Translations under genes and position numbers: made by a program | In this document: positions 22,455 through 30,913 of the stretch, one piece after another | How positions within the stretch are numbered: position 1 is the stretch's first letter | How the letters are laid out: the number at the start of each line of letters is the position of its first letter | The notes under the pieces: model-generated | Seen by the model: the letters and a program-made list of their open reading frames with translations, nothing else | The model's database searches: none | Told to the model about the DNA's origin: nothing | From: Candidatus Angelobacter sp. | GTDB taxonomy: Bacteria; Verrucomicrobiota; Verrucomicrobiia; Limisphaerales; DASXHY01 | DNA: 64,000 bases | Direction of reading: 5' to 3' | NCBI GenBank assembly: GCA_035606845.1 | Contig: DATNEA010000072.1 | Span: 24,234-88,233, forward strand

Positions 22455-22704
22455 AAATGTCTTTTCGATTGCCAATTTTTTGGATCAAAATCATATCACC
22501 AACCACATCAAATAAAACGCGATAATCGCCCATCCGCAATCGAAAACCGAAGTCGGCCTTTTGCAGCCTCTTGATATTACCGTGCAGCCCCTGCTCGAGC
22601 CGCGCAATTTTCCGAAGAATCTGCTCCGCTTCACGCTTCGGAAGCGAGCGCAAATCTTCCAAGGCGGTTCGAGTATATTCGACGCGATGGTGTTGAATTG
22701 CCAC
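22447..22704 (-). CDS. RelE/ParE family toxin
   Basis: VEYTRTALEDLRSL, IKRL, FRLRMGDYRVLF, IGNRKDIYD. Confidence 0.9.
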   Translation of the reverse strand: MAIQHHRVEYTRTALEDLRSLPKREAEQILRKIARLEQGLHGNIKRLQKADFGFRLRMGDYRVLFDVVGDMILIQKIGNRKDIYD

Positions 22705-22719
22705 AGTAGCCGGTACAGT

Positions 22720-23955
22720 TTACGCGCTCACCTTCTGTTCCTGCGCCAGCATCGATTCAAACTCCCGCAAGCTCGGCTTGATTTCGCGCGGTTTGCCGAC
22801 GTAACCGTCCACGGCGTCGAGGGTTTTCAGGCCGTTGCCGGTGATGCAGAGCACGGCGGAATCTTCGCGCGGGATTTTTCCGCTCGCAATCAGTTTCTTG
22901 GCCACGCCCAGCGTGACGCCGCCGGCGGTCTCGGCAAAAATGCCTTCCGTTTCCGCCAGCAACTTGATGGCTTCGCGAATTTCGTCGTCGGTCACGTCTT
23001 CGGCGGCGCCGCCGGTTTCCTTCATGACTTTGAGCGCGTAAAAACCATCCGCCGGCGTGCCGATGGCCAGCGATTTTGCAATTGTGTTCGGCTTGACCGG
23101 CTTGAAAAAATCGAGCGACGCTTTTTGCGCCGAGGAAATCGGCGAACAACCCGTCGGCTGCGCGCCGTGAATATGTGTGTCCGCGGCGGAAACCAATCCG
23201 AGCTTGGTCAATTCCTGGTAGCCCTTGTGAATCTTGGTCAACAACGAACCGGAAGCCATCGGCACCACGGTGTGTTGCGGCAGGCGCCAGCCAAGCTGTT
23301 CGGCGATTTCAAACGCCATGCTCTTGGAACCCTCGGCGTAGTAGGGGCGCATGTTCACGTTCACAAATGCCCAGCCGAATTTGCCCGCGATTTCCGCGCA
23401 CAACCGGTTCACTTCGTCGTAATGGCCTTTGATCGCAATCACGTTCGCGCCATAAACCAGTGAGTTCAAAATTTTTCCCTGCTCGAGGTCTGAGGGAATG
23501 AACACGTACGCTTTCAAGCCCGCCGACGCCGCATTGGCCGCCACCGAATTGGCCAGGTTGCCCGTCGAAGCGCAGGCCACCGTATCGAAGCCCAGTTCTC
23601 GCGACCGGCTTAAGGCCACGCTGACCACGCGGTCCTTGAACGAAAGGGTGGGGTAGTTGACCGTGTCATTCTTGATCCACAATTCACGAATGCCGAGTTT
23701 TTTGGCGAGCCGATCGGCCTTCACGAGCGGCGTGAAACCGACTTGCATGCCGACGGTAGGCTCGTGTTGCACCGGGAGCAGTTCACGATAGCGCCACATG
23801 CTTTTGGAACGGGACGCCACGGCTTCGCGCGTGAGCGCCTTTTTGATCTGGTCGTAATCGTAAACGACTTCGAGCGGGCCGAAATCGAATTCACAGACGT
23901 GCGAGGCCGTGAGCGGATACTCACGTCCGCATTCGCGGCACTTCAGTGCCCTCAT
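22720..23955 (-). CDS. thrC: Threonine-synthase-like PLP enzyme with N-terminal Zn ribbon (alternative start 23976)
   Basis: CRECG..CEFDFGPL, PTLSFKDR (PLP Lys), ASTGNLA, ITGNGLKT; the actual reaction may be sulfhydrylation (see findings). Confidence 0.85.
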   Translation of the reverse strand: MRALKCRECGREYPLTASHVCEFDFGPLEVVYDYDQIKKALTREAVASRSKSMWRYRELLPVQHEPTVGMQVGFTPLVKADRLAKKLGIRELWIKNDTVNYPTLSFKDRVVSVALSRSRELGFDTVACASTGNLANSVAANAASAGLKAYVFIPSDLEQGKILNSLVYGANVIAIKGHYDEVNRLCAEIAGKFGWAFVNVNMRPYYAEGSKSMAFEIAEQLGWRLPQHTVVPMASGSLLTKIHKGYQELTKLGLVSAADTHIHGAQPTGCSPISSAQKASLDFFKPVKPNTIAKSLAIGTPADGFYALKVMKETGGAAEDVTDDEIREAIKLLAETEGIFAETAGGVTLGVAKKLIASGKIPREDSAVLCITGNGLKTLDAVDGYVGKPREIKPSLREFESMLAQEQKVSA

Positions 23956-23987
23956 GAAACCTTCGTGTTTTTCCATAAAATCAACGC

Positions 23988-24079
23988 TGTAGCGGCGGTC
24001 TGTGACCGCCGAATCACGGCAGAGCGGCAGATCTGCCCTACCGATGTTCAAATAACGGCGGTCATAGACCGCCGTTACA
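23988..24079. repeat. REP-like palindrome (TGTAGCGGCGGTC ... GACCGCCGTTACA) in the thrC leader
   Basis: Inverted arms directly visible. Confidence 0.75.
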
Positions 24080-24082
24080 AAT

Positions 24083-24109
24083 AAAAAACCCCTTCTCATG
24101 GGAGAAGAG
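24083..24109 (-). terminator. Riboswitch expression-platform terminator
   Basis: Minus strand CCTCTTCTC-ccat-GAGAAGGGG-TTTTTT. Confidence 0.8.
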
Positions 24110-24126
24110 GCTGGCAAATCGTTCTT

Positions 24127-24238
24127 CTCATTTTCCCCGGCGCACGAATGCCGGGCTGGATTTGGCACCAGCATTGAACTTGCGTCCAACCGGTTGCCGT
24201 GGCGTCTCAGGGCCAGTCCCTCAACCACTCTGCATGAG
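24127..24238 (-). promoter_or_regulatory. SAM-I (S-box) riboswitch
   Basis: Minus strand CTCATGCAGAG..GAGGGACTGGCCC..GACGCCACGGCAACC..GGTGCCAAATCC..GAAAATGAG matches the S-box consensus; P1 CTCAT/ATGAG. Confidence 0.93.
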
Positions 24239-24326
24239 ACCGTTGTATCAACGGATACGGATAGATTGATGGCAGGTGGTGAATGTGTCAACTTTAATTC
24301 TTGAGCCTTCCCGAGAGTTCGCCAGT

Positions 24327-24404
24327 CCTGAGGAGCGCCGATCTCCGATCCGGCGCGTTTCGGCGTGTTTTTTCTTGCGCGCCGGGTCTGGAGACCGGCG
24401 CTCC
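24327..24404. repeat. REP-like family C (GGAGCGCCGATCTCC ... GAGACCGGCGCTCC)
   Basis: Related arms at ~12160-12181, ~33917-33940, ~34600-34675. Confidence 0.75.
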
Positions 24405-24489
24405 GGGCAAAGTTATCTGGATGCACACGTTAAAATCCGGATTTCGAGCTTGCGTTTTCGATGCATGAACGGAAGATTGCACCCCCTGT

Positions 24490-25203
24490 ATGGAATCTGA
24501 CATTACGGAATCAGAGTTACTTTATAAATTGTGGGCCTGGGGCGACCGGTACAAAAAACAGCTCCTTGCGGCCCTGATTGTTCTGGCCATCGCGGGAATC
24601 GTGATCGCTTTTTGGCTGACGCATCAAACTGCCAGGCAAAATGATGCGAACATGGCATTATCGAGATTGACCAGCCAGCAGCTTGGCCCCAATGCCCCGG
24701 AGCCGGCACCCGGCGATTTTCTGAAGATCGCCACGGATTTTCCCAACACGGATGCGGGGCAGCGTGCGATGCTGATCGGCGCGAGCGATTTGTTCGCCTC
24801 CGGCAAATACGACGAAGCGCAGGCCCAATTTCAAAAATTTCTGCAACAATACGCCAACTCGCCCTTCACCGCGCAAGCCGCGCTCGGCGTGGCGGCGAGC
24901 TACGATGCCATGGGCAAGACCAACGACGCGGTTTCCAGTTACCAGGCCGTGATCGATCGGTATCCGGCCGAAATTGCCGTCGCGTCGCAAGCGAACCTGG
25001 CGCTGGCGCATTTGCTGGAGACGCAGGGTAAATTCAAGGACGCCCGCGACAAGTACGAGGAATTGGCCGCCCAGGTTCCCGGCACGATCGGCTCCGAAGC
25101 TGGTATTCGTTTGCAGGCCTTGAACGCCGCGCATCCCGAATTGCAACCGACCAATCCTCCGGTGTCCAGGGTGCCGATGATCAATACTGTGAAGAAGCCG
25201 TGA
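24490..25203 (+). CDS. Membrane-anchored TPR protein (YfgM-like)
   Basis: N-terminal TM helix followed by TPR repeats (GKYDEAQAQFQKFLQQY). Confidence 0.8.
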   Translation: MESDITESELLYKLWAWGDRYKKQLLAALIVLAIAGIVIAFWLTHQTARQNDANMALSRLTSQQLGPNAPEPAPGDFLKIATDFPNTDAGQRAMLIGASDLFASGKYDEAQAQFQKFLQQYANSPFTAQAALGVAASYDAMGKTNDAVSSYQAVIDRYPAEIAVASQANLALAHLLETQGKFKDARDKYEELAAQVPGTIGSEAGIRLQALNAAHPELQPTNPPVSRVPMINTVKKP

Positions 25204-25209
25204 AGGATT

Positions 25210-25308
25210 CGTGAAATGTGATACGTGAACCGTGACCGCGTGAAACGTGAACATGGCAAAACGCAAAACGCATAACCAATAATCACGTTTCACGTTTTAC
25301 GTTTCACG
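25210..25308. repeat. Inverted 7-bp tandem repeat (CGTGAAA-like ... TTTCACG)
   Basis: Fills the TPR-mutT intergenic gap. Confidence 0.82.
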
Positions 25309-25315
25309 CAAAGCT

Positions 25316-25717
25316 GTGAAATCCGTCGAGGTCAGCGCGGGATTAGTCTTTCGCAGCGGCAAACTGCTCATCACCCAACGTCACCAGGACGCGCACCTCG
25401 GCGGCTTGTGGGAATTTCCCGGCGGCAAACGCGAACCCAACGAAACCTTCGAGCAATGCCTCGTCCGCGAATTGCGCGAGGAATTGGGCATTGAAGTGGA
25501 AGTGGGCGAGTTGGTGGAGAGTCTCACTCATGCTTACCCGGAAAAGACCGTTACGCTGAAATTCTTTCGCTGCCGATTGAAGCAAGGCGAGCCGCGCGCG
25601 ATTGATTGTTTGGATTTGAGATGGGTGAGTGTCGGCGAGTTGAGGAATTATGAATTTCCGGCGGCGGATGCGCGGTTACTAGAGATGCTACGGAGTTCGC
25701 CGGGGTTGTGGATGTAG
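25316..25717 (+). CDS. mutT: NUDIX hydrolase, 8-oxo-dGTP diphosphatase-like
   Basis: HLGGLWEFPGGKREPNETFEQCLVRELREELGI Nudix box; FPAAD. Confidence 0.88.
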   Translation: MKSVEVSAGLVFRSGKLLITQRHQDAHLGGLWEFPGGKREPNETFEQCLVRELREELGIEVEVGELVESLTHAYPEKTVTLKFFRCRLKQGEPRAIDCLDLRWVSVGELRNYEFPAADARLLEMLRSSPGLWM

Positions 25718-25783
25718 CGAGCGTCAGAAGCGAATTTATCGGGCGCATCGCAGTTTAAGTCCATCGGCATTCCAAATGTTCGA

Positions 25784-25962
25784 GTCCCGGAGGGACTTTT
25801 GACAATAGCCAGGCGTTTCAACGCCGGGATCTGCCTCGTAGCGTTCGAGTCCCGGAGGGACGGCTGAGAACTCCTGGTTCAGTCGTCCCTTCGGGACTCG
25901 AGTCGGTTGGTGCTGGTCCCGGCAGTAAACTGCCGGGCTATTCTCAGTGGTTCCTTCGGAAC
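25784..25962. repeat. Nested palindromic element with the same architecture as 11856-12036
   Basis: GTCCCGGAGGGAC x2, AATAGCC/GGCTATT, GTCCCTTCGGGAC arms. Confidence 0.78.
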
Positions 25963-26061
25963 CGGACGTCCGGCGGTTCTCAGATCTTGACGCGTCCGTT
26001 TGTCCGCGACCCAAATTGGTCTCGACAACAACGAGGGACCGAAATAACGTCGGCTTGACGC

Positions 26062-26391
26062 ATGGGGCTCTCTGCTTCAACGGTATCAGCGCTTGTGGAA
26101 AAGGAGATCGCTCGCGTTTCCAGTTCGGAAGCTGCGGCCCTCATTCGAAGTTTACTTGTGCCGCCGCGCTGCGAAGATCGTCCTTGGGATTATGACGAGC
26201 CCGGCGAGAAATATCCGTGTTGGATCGTGGCAGAGCATCCGGCCTCGAGGACGGGTATCGGATATTGTGAAAAGGGTTTCGGCCCCAAATGTCCGTGGGG
26301 GCTACTTTGGCTATCTGAGCATTTGAATATGGGGGCGGATTACAGTTGGTTTAGTTCTTTGGAGGCCGCAGTACGCGATTCGTTTGCCTGA
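26062..26391 (+). CDS. Hypothetical protein
   Basis: Compact ORF with plausible composition (RPWDY, YCEKGFGPKCPWGL, WFSSLE). Confidence 0.65.
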   Translation: MGLSASTVSALVEKEIARVSSSEAAALIRSLLVPPRCEDRPWDYDEPGEKYPCWIVAEHPASRTGIGYCEKGFGPKCPWGLLWLSEHLNMGADYSWFSSLEAAVRDSFA

Positions 26392-26506
26392 CCTGAATCG
26401 AGTTCTACTTGATCATTTTTCCGATTTGAGTAGCTACCGGAGAAGTCTATAAAACAAAAAAAGCGTGAAACGCATTCACGTTCCACGCTTCACGCTTCAA
26501 TTCCGC

Positions 26507-27679
26507 TCAGACCTTTCCGTAAAACTCTTCCACCACCTGTTTGAAATTGTTCTCGCCGACGTTCACGATGCCGAACTCCCGCTTCGCGCTTTCTTCGGAA
26601 TCGCTGGCGTGCGCGGCGTTGACCATGATGGTTTGGCCGAATTCGCGGCGGATGGATCCCGGCGGCGCCTTGGACGGGTCCGTTGGCCCGAGCACGTCGC
26701 GAATCTTGCGCACGGCTTCCACGCCTTCGTAGCACAGTGCGATGCAGCGTTCGGTGCCGGGCTTGCTCCAGTCGCTTTCGGGAATGTCCGAGGGCGCGTA
26801 GCCGGACATGAAGCGGACGATGTTGTCGAATTGATTGTCGCCAAAGGCGGGCCCGAGGATATCGCCGAGCTGCTGCTGTTTTTCCGGCGGGAGCGTGAAG
26901 CCCCAGTCTTTTTCCAGCAGCGCCTTGGCCTTGCTGCCGACCATGTCTTTCAACTTGGTGCGCAACACGTCGCGGACCGGCCCGTAAAATTCCAGCGCCT
27001 GCGCCACGCTCATGCGATGCAGCTTGATGCCGACGATGTAAAGGCCGGTGCGCGAGAAGAAATCGATCACGTTGCCCGGGCGGCCGGAGGGGAACCGGAA
27101 ATTTTCCGGCTTGATGAGCACCAGCGTGCGCTGCGGTTGCTCGCCGGGTTGATAAGTGATGACATTATCGAGGATGCCGCCGTCGGAATCCGAGTGTTTG
27201 GCCCAAAGCTTGAGCTTGGTTTCCGCTTCGTCTGCCGTGGGCGGCGCCAGCACGGCGGGCTCAAAATAACGGACCTGGTTGTTCTCATCAATGATGAGGT
27301 CGCCGTAGGTGTCGCGGATGGTTTCGCCACCGCGGCGGTCCGGGCTGATGTGGCCGATGACCGAGCGCGTCTTGCGGACGGCGTCTTCGCCGCGGAAGAG
27401 CAGCACCATTGCGCGGCGGCGGCGGCCGGTTTTGGGGTCGGGAGAAAGATTCTGAATGATGTAATTGTGAATCAGCTCCTGCACACGGCGATCCTGGGGA
27501 TCGTTTTGTGAAATAATCGCCTGGGAGTATTGCTTCACGAGTTCGGCGCTTGGCGCGAACATGCGCGCGGCCGCGAGTTCGAGGCCGGTGCGCGTGATGA
27601 GGCGGCTCAGGATGCCGCCCGTGCGCGATTTGAAGAGCGAATACGGAGTGATGATGACGTATGCGAGCTGTTGAGACAT
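26507..27679 (-). CDS. ndk: Two-domain nucleoside-diphosphate kinase
   Basis: QRTLVLIKPE, LGPTDPSKAPPGSIRREFG, NAAHASDS; N-terminal duplicate domain (IITPY...TIRDTYG). Confidence 0.85.
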   Translation of the reverse strand: MSQQLAYVIITPYSLFKSRTGGILSRLITRTGLELAAARMFAPSAELVKQYSQAIISQNDPQDRRVQELIHNYIIQNLSPDPKTGRRRRAMVLLFRGEDAVRKTRSVIGHISPDRRGGETIRDTYGDLIIDENNQVRYFEPAVLAPPTADEAETKLKLWAKHSDSDGGILDNVITYQPGEQPQRTLVLIKPENFRFPSGRPGNVIDFFSRTGLYIVGIKLHRMSVAQALEFYGPVRDVLRTKLKDMVGSKAKALLEKDWGFTLPPEKQQQLGDILGPAFGDNQFDNIVRFMSGYAPSDIPESDWSKPGTERCIALCYEGVEAVRKIRDVLGPTDPSKAPPGSIRREFGQTIMVNAAHASDSEESAKREFGIVNVGENNFKQVVEEFYGKV

Positions 27680-27768
27680 ATTTTAATTCAGTGGCAAATA
27701 TCCGATGCCGGCTTTCCCGGCGTCAATAGTGATGGAGTTCAATTTCATTCCCCGTTGGACCCAGGCGG

Positions 27769-27966
27769 TTAAGACGGCTTGGGACTGGTCGGTTCCGGGG
27801 CTGCCGTTGCCGGCGTCGTGGATTTACCGCCTAAAATTTTAAACATGACCGTGCCGCACGTGGGGCATTTGCCCTTGATGGCCTTGCGCCCATTCTTCAT
27901 CGTTTCTTCCACCGCATCCACGATTTCCTTCTTGGCCTTGCATTTGACGCAATATCCTTCAGGCAT
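27769..27966 (-). CDS. Small Zn-ribbon protein (DUF5679-like)
   Basis: YCVKCK...MKNGRKAIKGKCPTCGTVMFKI. Confidence 0.85.
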   Translation of the reverse strand: MPEGYCVKCKAKKEIVDAVEETMKNGRKAIKGKCPTCGTVMFKILGGKSTTPATAAPEPTSPKPS

Positions 27967-28424
27967 AAAATTTTTCCGCGCTGACGCTTCATGCGAGAGC
28001 GCGGTCAGGGGGAAAGTTTGGGGGCGTTCCCGGCCAGCGTCAACTGGGAAAAGGACCGACAGCGCGAAGGGTGGTTTGCAAGTTATTCATTATAAGGATG
28101 TTGCTGGCTAATGAGGGCGGATGGCCTGGCCAATGTCGGTCGCCTGAAATCTCGGAAAAACCTTAAAATTGGGCTTATTCGCGGTTGGGGAACAAATCGC
28201 CAGAAACTGAGAGGAATGGACGCTACGATGACAACCATTCAGTTCGCATTTTGCTTGGGAAAATAAAGCTCGAATAAAATTCCGCCCGGGCGGGTCAATT
28301 GGTTATCTGCGGTAAGTTCTCCATTGCGCGAATCCGGCGTATTCGGGAAGGTCATGCGTGCCGGGCTGCGGAAGAAGTGTCGTCTGCGTTCCGCAACGGC
28401 GATTCTCGGTGGGAACTCGTAACT

Positions 28425-30713
28425 ATGGATCACGTTTCGGCAAACCGACGTACTGCGCCTCGACAGCATCGCCTCGTTTTCACGCGAGGAAAGCGATTCG
28501 TTTTCCGATTCCCACGAAGGAGACCGGTTGCAATTTTGTCCGTTTTAGCGGTGATCGCGTTGGTATGGCCGGCCCGCGCACAGAATGAGACGTCACTGGT
28601 CAACACAAACGCGCCGTCAGTGCCCACCAACGCTCCATCCGCCGCCACCAACGCGCCACGGAACGCGCCCTGGGCCACCACGAACAACAACGTGCCCAAG
28701 GCCAGGTTCAAAATTTCCGGATACGGTTTTCTTGGTGATTTGCGGCTCAGGCGCATGATCAAGCTGCTGGAAATTGAAAAGAAGAGACCGCAATTTTTCG
28801 ACGCGAATTTCATGGAGGACACCGCGCTGATCCTGAAATCAAAAATCCGGGAGGATGGTTTCCTAAACCCCCGGATCGTGATCACCGTCAAGAAGGACGA
28901 TGGCACGTCGGCCCGTTTCCGCTGGAACGAAAACGAGCCGTTGCCGAGGCCGCTGCGCGCGACGGAGGTGCGATTCAGGATCAAGAAAGGCGTTTTGTTC
29001 CACTACGAGAAGCTGAAGTTCAACGGATTGGCAGCCGTGCCGGAAAAAAAGGCGCGCGGTTATTTCCTCGAGACGAGCGGGTTGGTGCCCTTGAAAAAGA
29101 ACCGGGTGTATTCGCCGCAACGGCTGAAGCAAAGCGTGGCGAACCTCACCGAGGTGTTGAATCGAATGGGATATCAAAACGCCACCGTGACCGTCGGCGA
29201 AATCCGGCAGGACGACAAGACCGGCAGCGTTTCGGTGAGGATTGACGTGGTGCAGGGGCCGAAGTTCTTCGTGCGCACGGTGCGGCAGGAAGTTTATTAC
29301 CCGGGAACCAACGCGCCGATCGATTTGCGGACGAACACATTGCTGAAAACCTATTCGAAATGGTGGGAGCAGGATTTTACGCACGGCATCAAAACCAATT
29401 ACTTCAGCCAGGGCTACCCCGAGACATCGGTTGAAATGAAAACGGAGCGGAGCGAGCCGGGGACGACCAATGTATTGCTGGATTTGGCGGCGGTGGTCAG
29501 AACGGGATCGCGGGTGCGCGTCGGCGATGTGACCATCAAGGGCGCCAAGCGCACTAAGGAGTCGATGTTGTATGGCCGGGTGCCGGTGCAAACTGGCGAT
29601 TGGCTCGATCGCCTGCAGGCCGAGCGCGGGCAATATCGGCTGGCCCGCCTGGGAATCTTCGACCTGGCGGAACTGAATTACGAAATCGTGAGCAGCAATT
29701 TATGGGACGTGCGCTATGACGTGAAGGAGGGCAAACGGCTCGAAATCAGCCCGTTGTTCGGCTTCGGCAGCTACGATTTGCTGCGCGTGGGCGTGGAAGT
29801 GGACCAATACAATCTTTGGGGCCTGGCGCACAACTCGCAACTCAAGCTCGTGCAATCATTCAAATCATCCAGCGGCGATTACACCTACAACATACCGGAA
29901 TTGCTCGGCGAGGATGTGGACGTGTTTGCCACCGCCAACGGCCTGCGCCGCCAGGAAATTTCGTTCCTGCGCGTGGAATATGGCGGCGGCGTGGGCGTGC
30001 GGCGGCTTTTCCGCGACGTGGCCGTGGACGCGAGCGCGCGTTACAATTACGGCATTCTGCAGGCCACCGAGCAAAGCGCGAATTTCCTCGTGGAAGGCGC
30101 GCAGAATCCCACCGTGGGCGAGTTCATTGTGGACCTGCGGCACGATCGCCGTGACAACCCGCTGTATCCCAGGCGCGGTTACCAGTTGCTCGCGAACGTG
30201 GAAATCGCGAACAGTTCGCTGGGAGGCAGCGCCAATTTTCAGCGCACCGAACTTGGGGCTTCCTATCATATTCCGTTGAGCGACAGCCAATGGATCCATC
30301 TTGGTTTGCGTCACGGGTTGGTGTTCACCAGCGGCAGTACGAGCAACAACCTGCCGTTCACGCGGCGATTTTTTCCCGGCGGCCAGGATTCCGTGCGCGG
30401 TTATCAGGAAGGCGAAGCCGCGCCGCGCAATGCGCAGGGAAAAATCGTGGGCGCGGAAACCTACACGAGCGGCAACGTGGAATTCGAGCAAGGCGTCACG
30501 CCGCATTGGTCGGTGGTCGCATTCGTGGACGGCGTGGAATTCGCCGAGCACATGAATGACTATCCGGGCGACGAAGCGCTTTTTTCCGTCGGCGGCGGCT
30601 TGCGCTGGCGGACGATTATCGGCCCGGTGCGGTTGGAATACGGTTACAATTTGAACCCGCGCAAGCGCGACCCGGTCGGGACGCTGCAGTTCTCGCTGGG
30701 ATTTCCGTTCTGA
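28425..30713 (+). CDS. Omp85 family outer-membrane protein (BamA/TamA-like); start uncertain
   Basis: POTRA-like segments, FFPGGQDSVRGY, GLRWRTIIGPVRLEYG, terminal Phe. Confidence 0.88.
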   Translation: MDHVSANRRTAPRQHRLVFTRGKRFVFRFPRRRPVAILSVLAVIALVWPARAQNETSLVNTNAPSVPTNAPSAATNAPRNAPWATTNNNVPKARFKISGYGFLGDLRLRRMIKLLEIEKKRPQFFDANFMEDTALILKSKIREDGFLNPRIVITVKKDDGTSARFRWNENEPLPRPLRATEVRFRIKKGVLFHYEKLKFNGLAAVPEKKARGYFLETSGLVPLKKNRVYSPQRLKQSVANLTEVLNRMGYQNATVTVGEIRQDDKTGSVSVRIDVVQGPKFFVRTVRQEVYYPGTNAPIDLRTNTLLKTYSKWWEQDFTHGIKTNYFSQGYPETSVEMKTERSEPGTTNVLLDLAAVVRTGSRVRVGDVTIKGAKRTKESMLYGRVPVQTGDWLDRLQAERGQYRLARLGIFDLAELNYEIVSSNLWDVRYDVKEGKRLEISPLFGFGSYDLLRVGVEVDQYNLWGLAHNSQLKLVQSFKSSSGDYTYNIPELLGEDVDVFATANGLRRQEISFLRVEYGGGVGVRRLFRDVAVDASARYNYGILQATEQSANFLVEGAQNPTVGEFIVDLRHDRRDNPLYPRRGYQLLANVEIANSSLGGSANFQRTELGASYHIPLSDSQWIHLGLRHGLVFTSGSTSNNLPFTRRFFPGGQDSVRGYQEGEAAPRNAQGKIVGAETYTSGNVEFEQGVTPHWSVVAFVDGVEFAEHMNDYPGDEALFSVGGGLRWRTIIGPVRLEYGYNLNPRKRDPVGTLQFSLGFPF

Positions 30714-30913
30714 ACAAATCCGAAGCTCGAAATCCGAAAGAGATCCGAGATCCGAAGCTGCCCTGAACGGTCGATCCATTGGCCGCCGGAGCGCGGGATT
30801 TATCCCGCTCGGACGTTCCGGCAAGTTGCTTCCAGCGAGAAGGTCCGCTGGACAGGCCAAAAATAAATGGAAAAATGTTCTAACCTTTGCAGATTTAAAG
30901 CATCTATATCTAC

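Noticed and set aside
23977..24426. N-terminal extension of the 568-aa thrC ORF
   Set aside because: It reads through REP repeats and the SAM riboswitch; homology begins at MRALKCREC.
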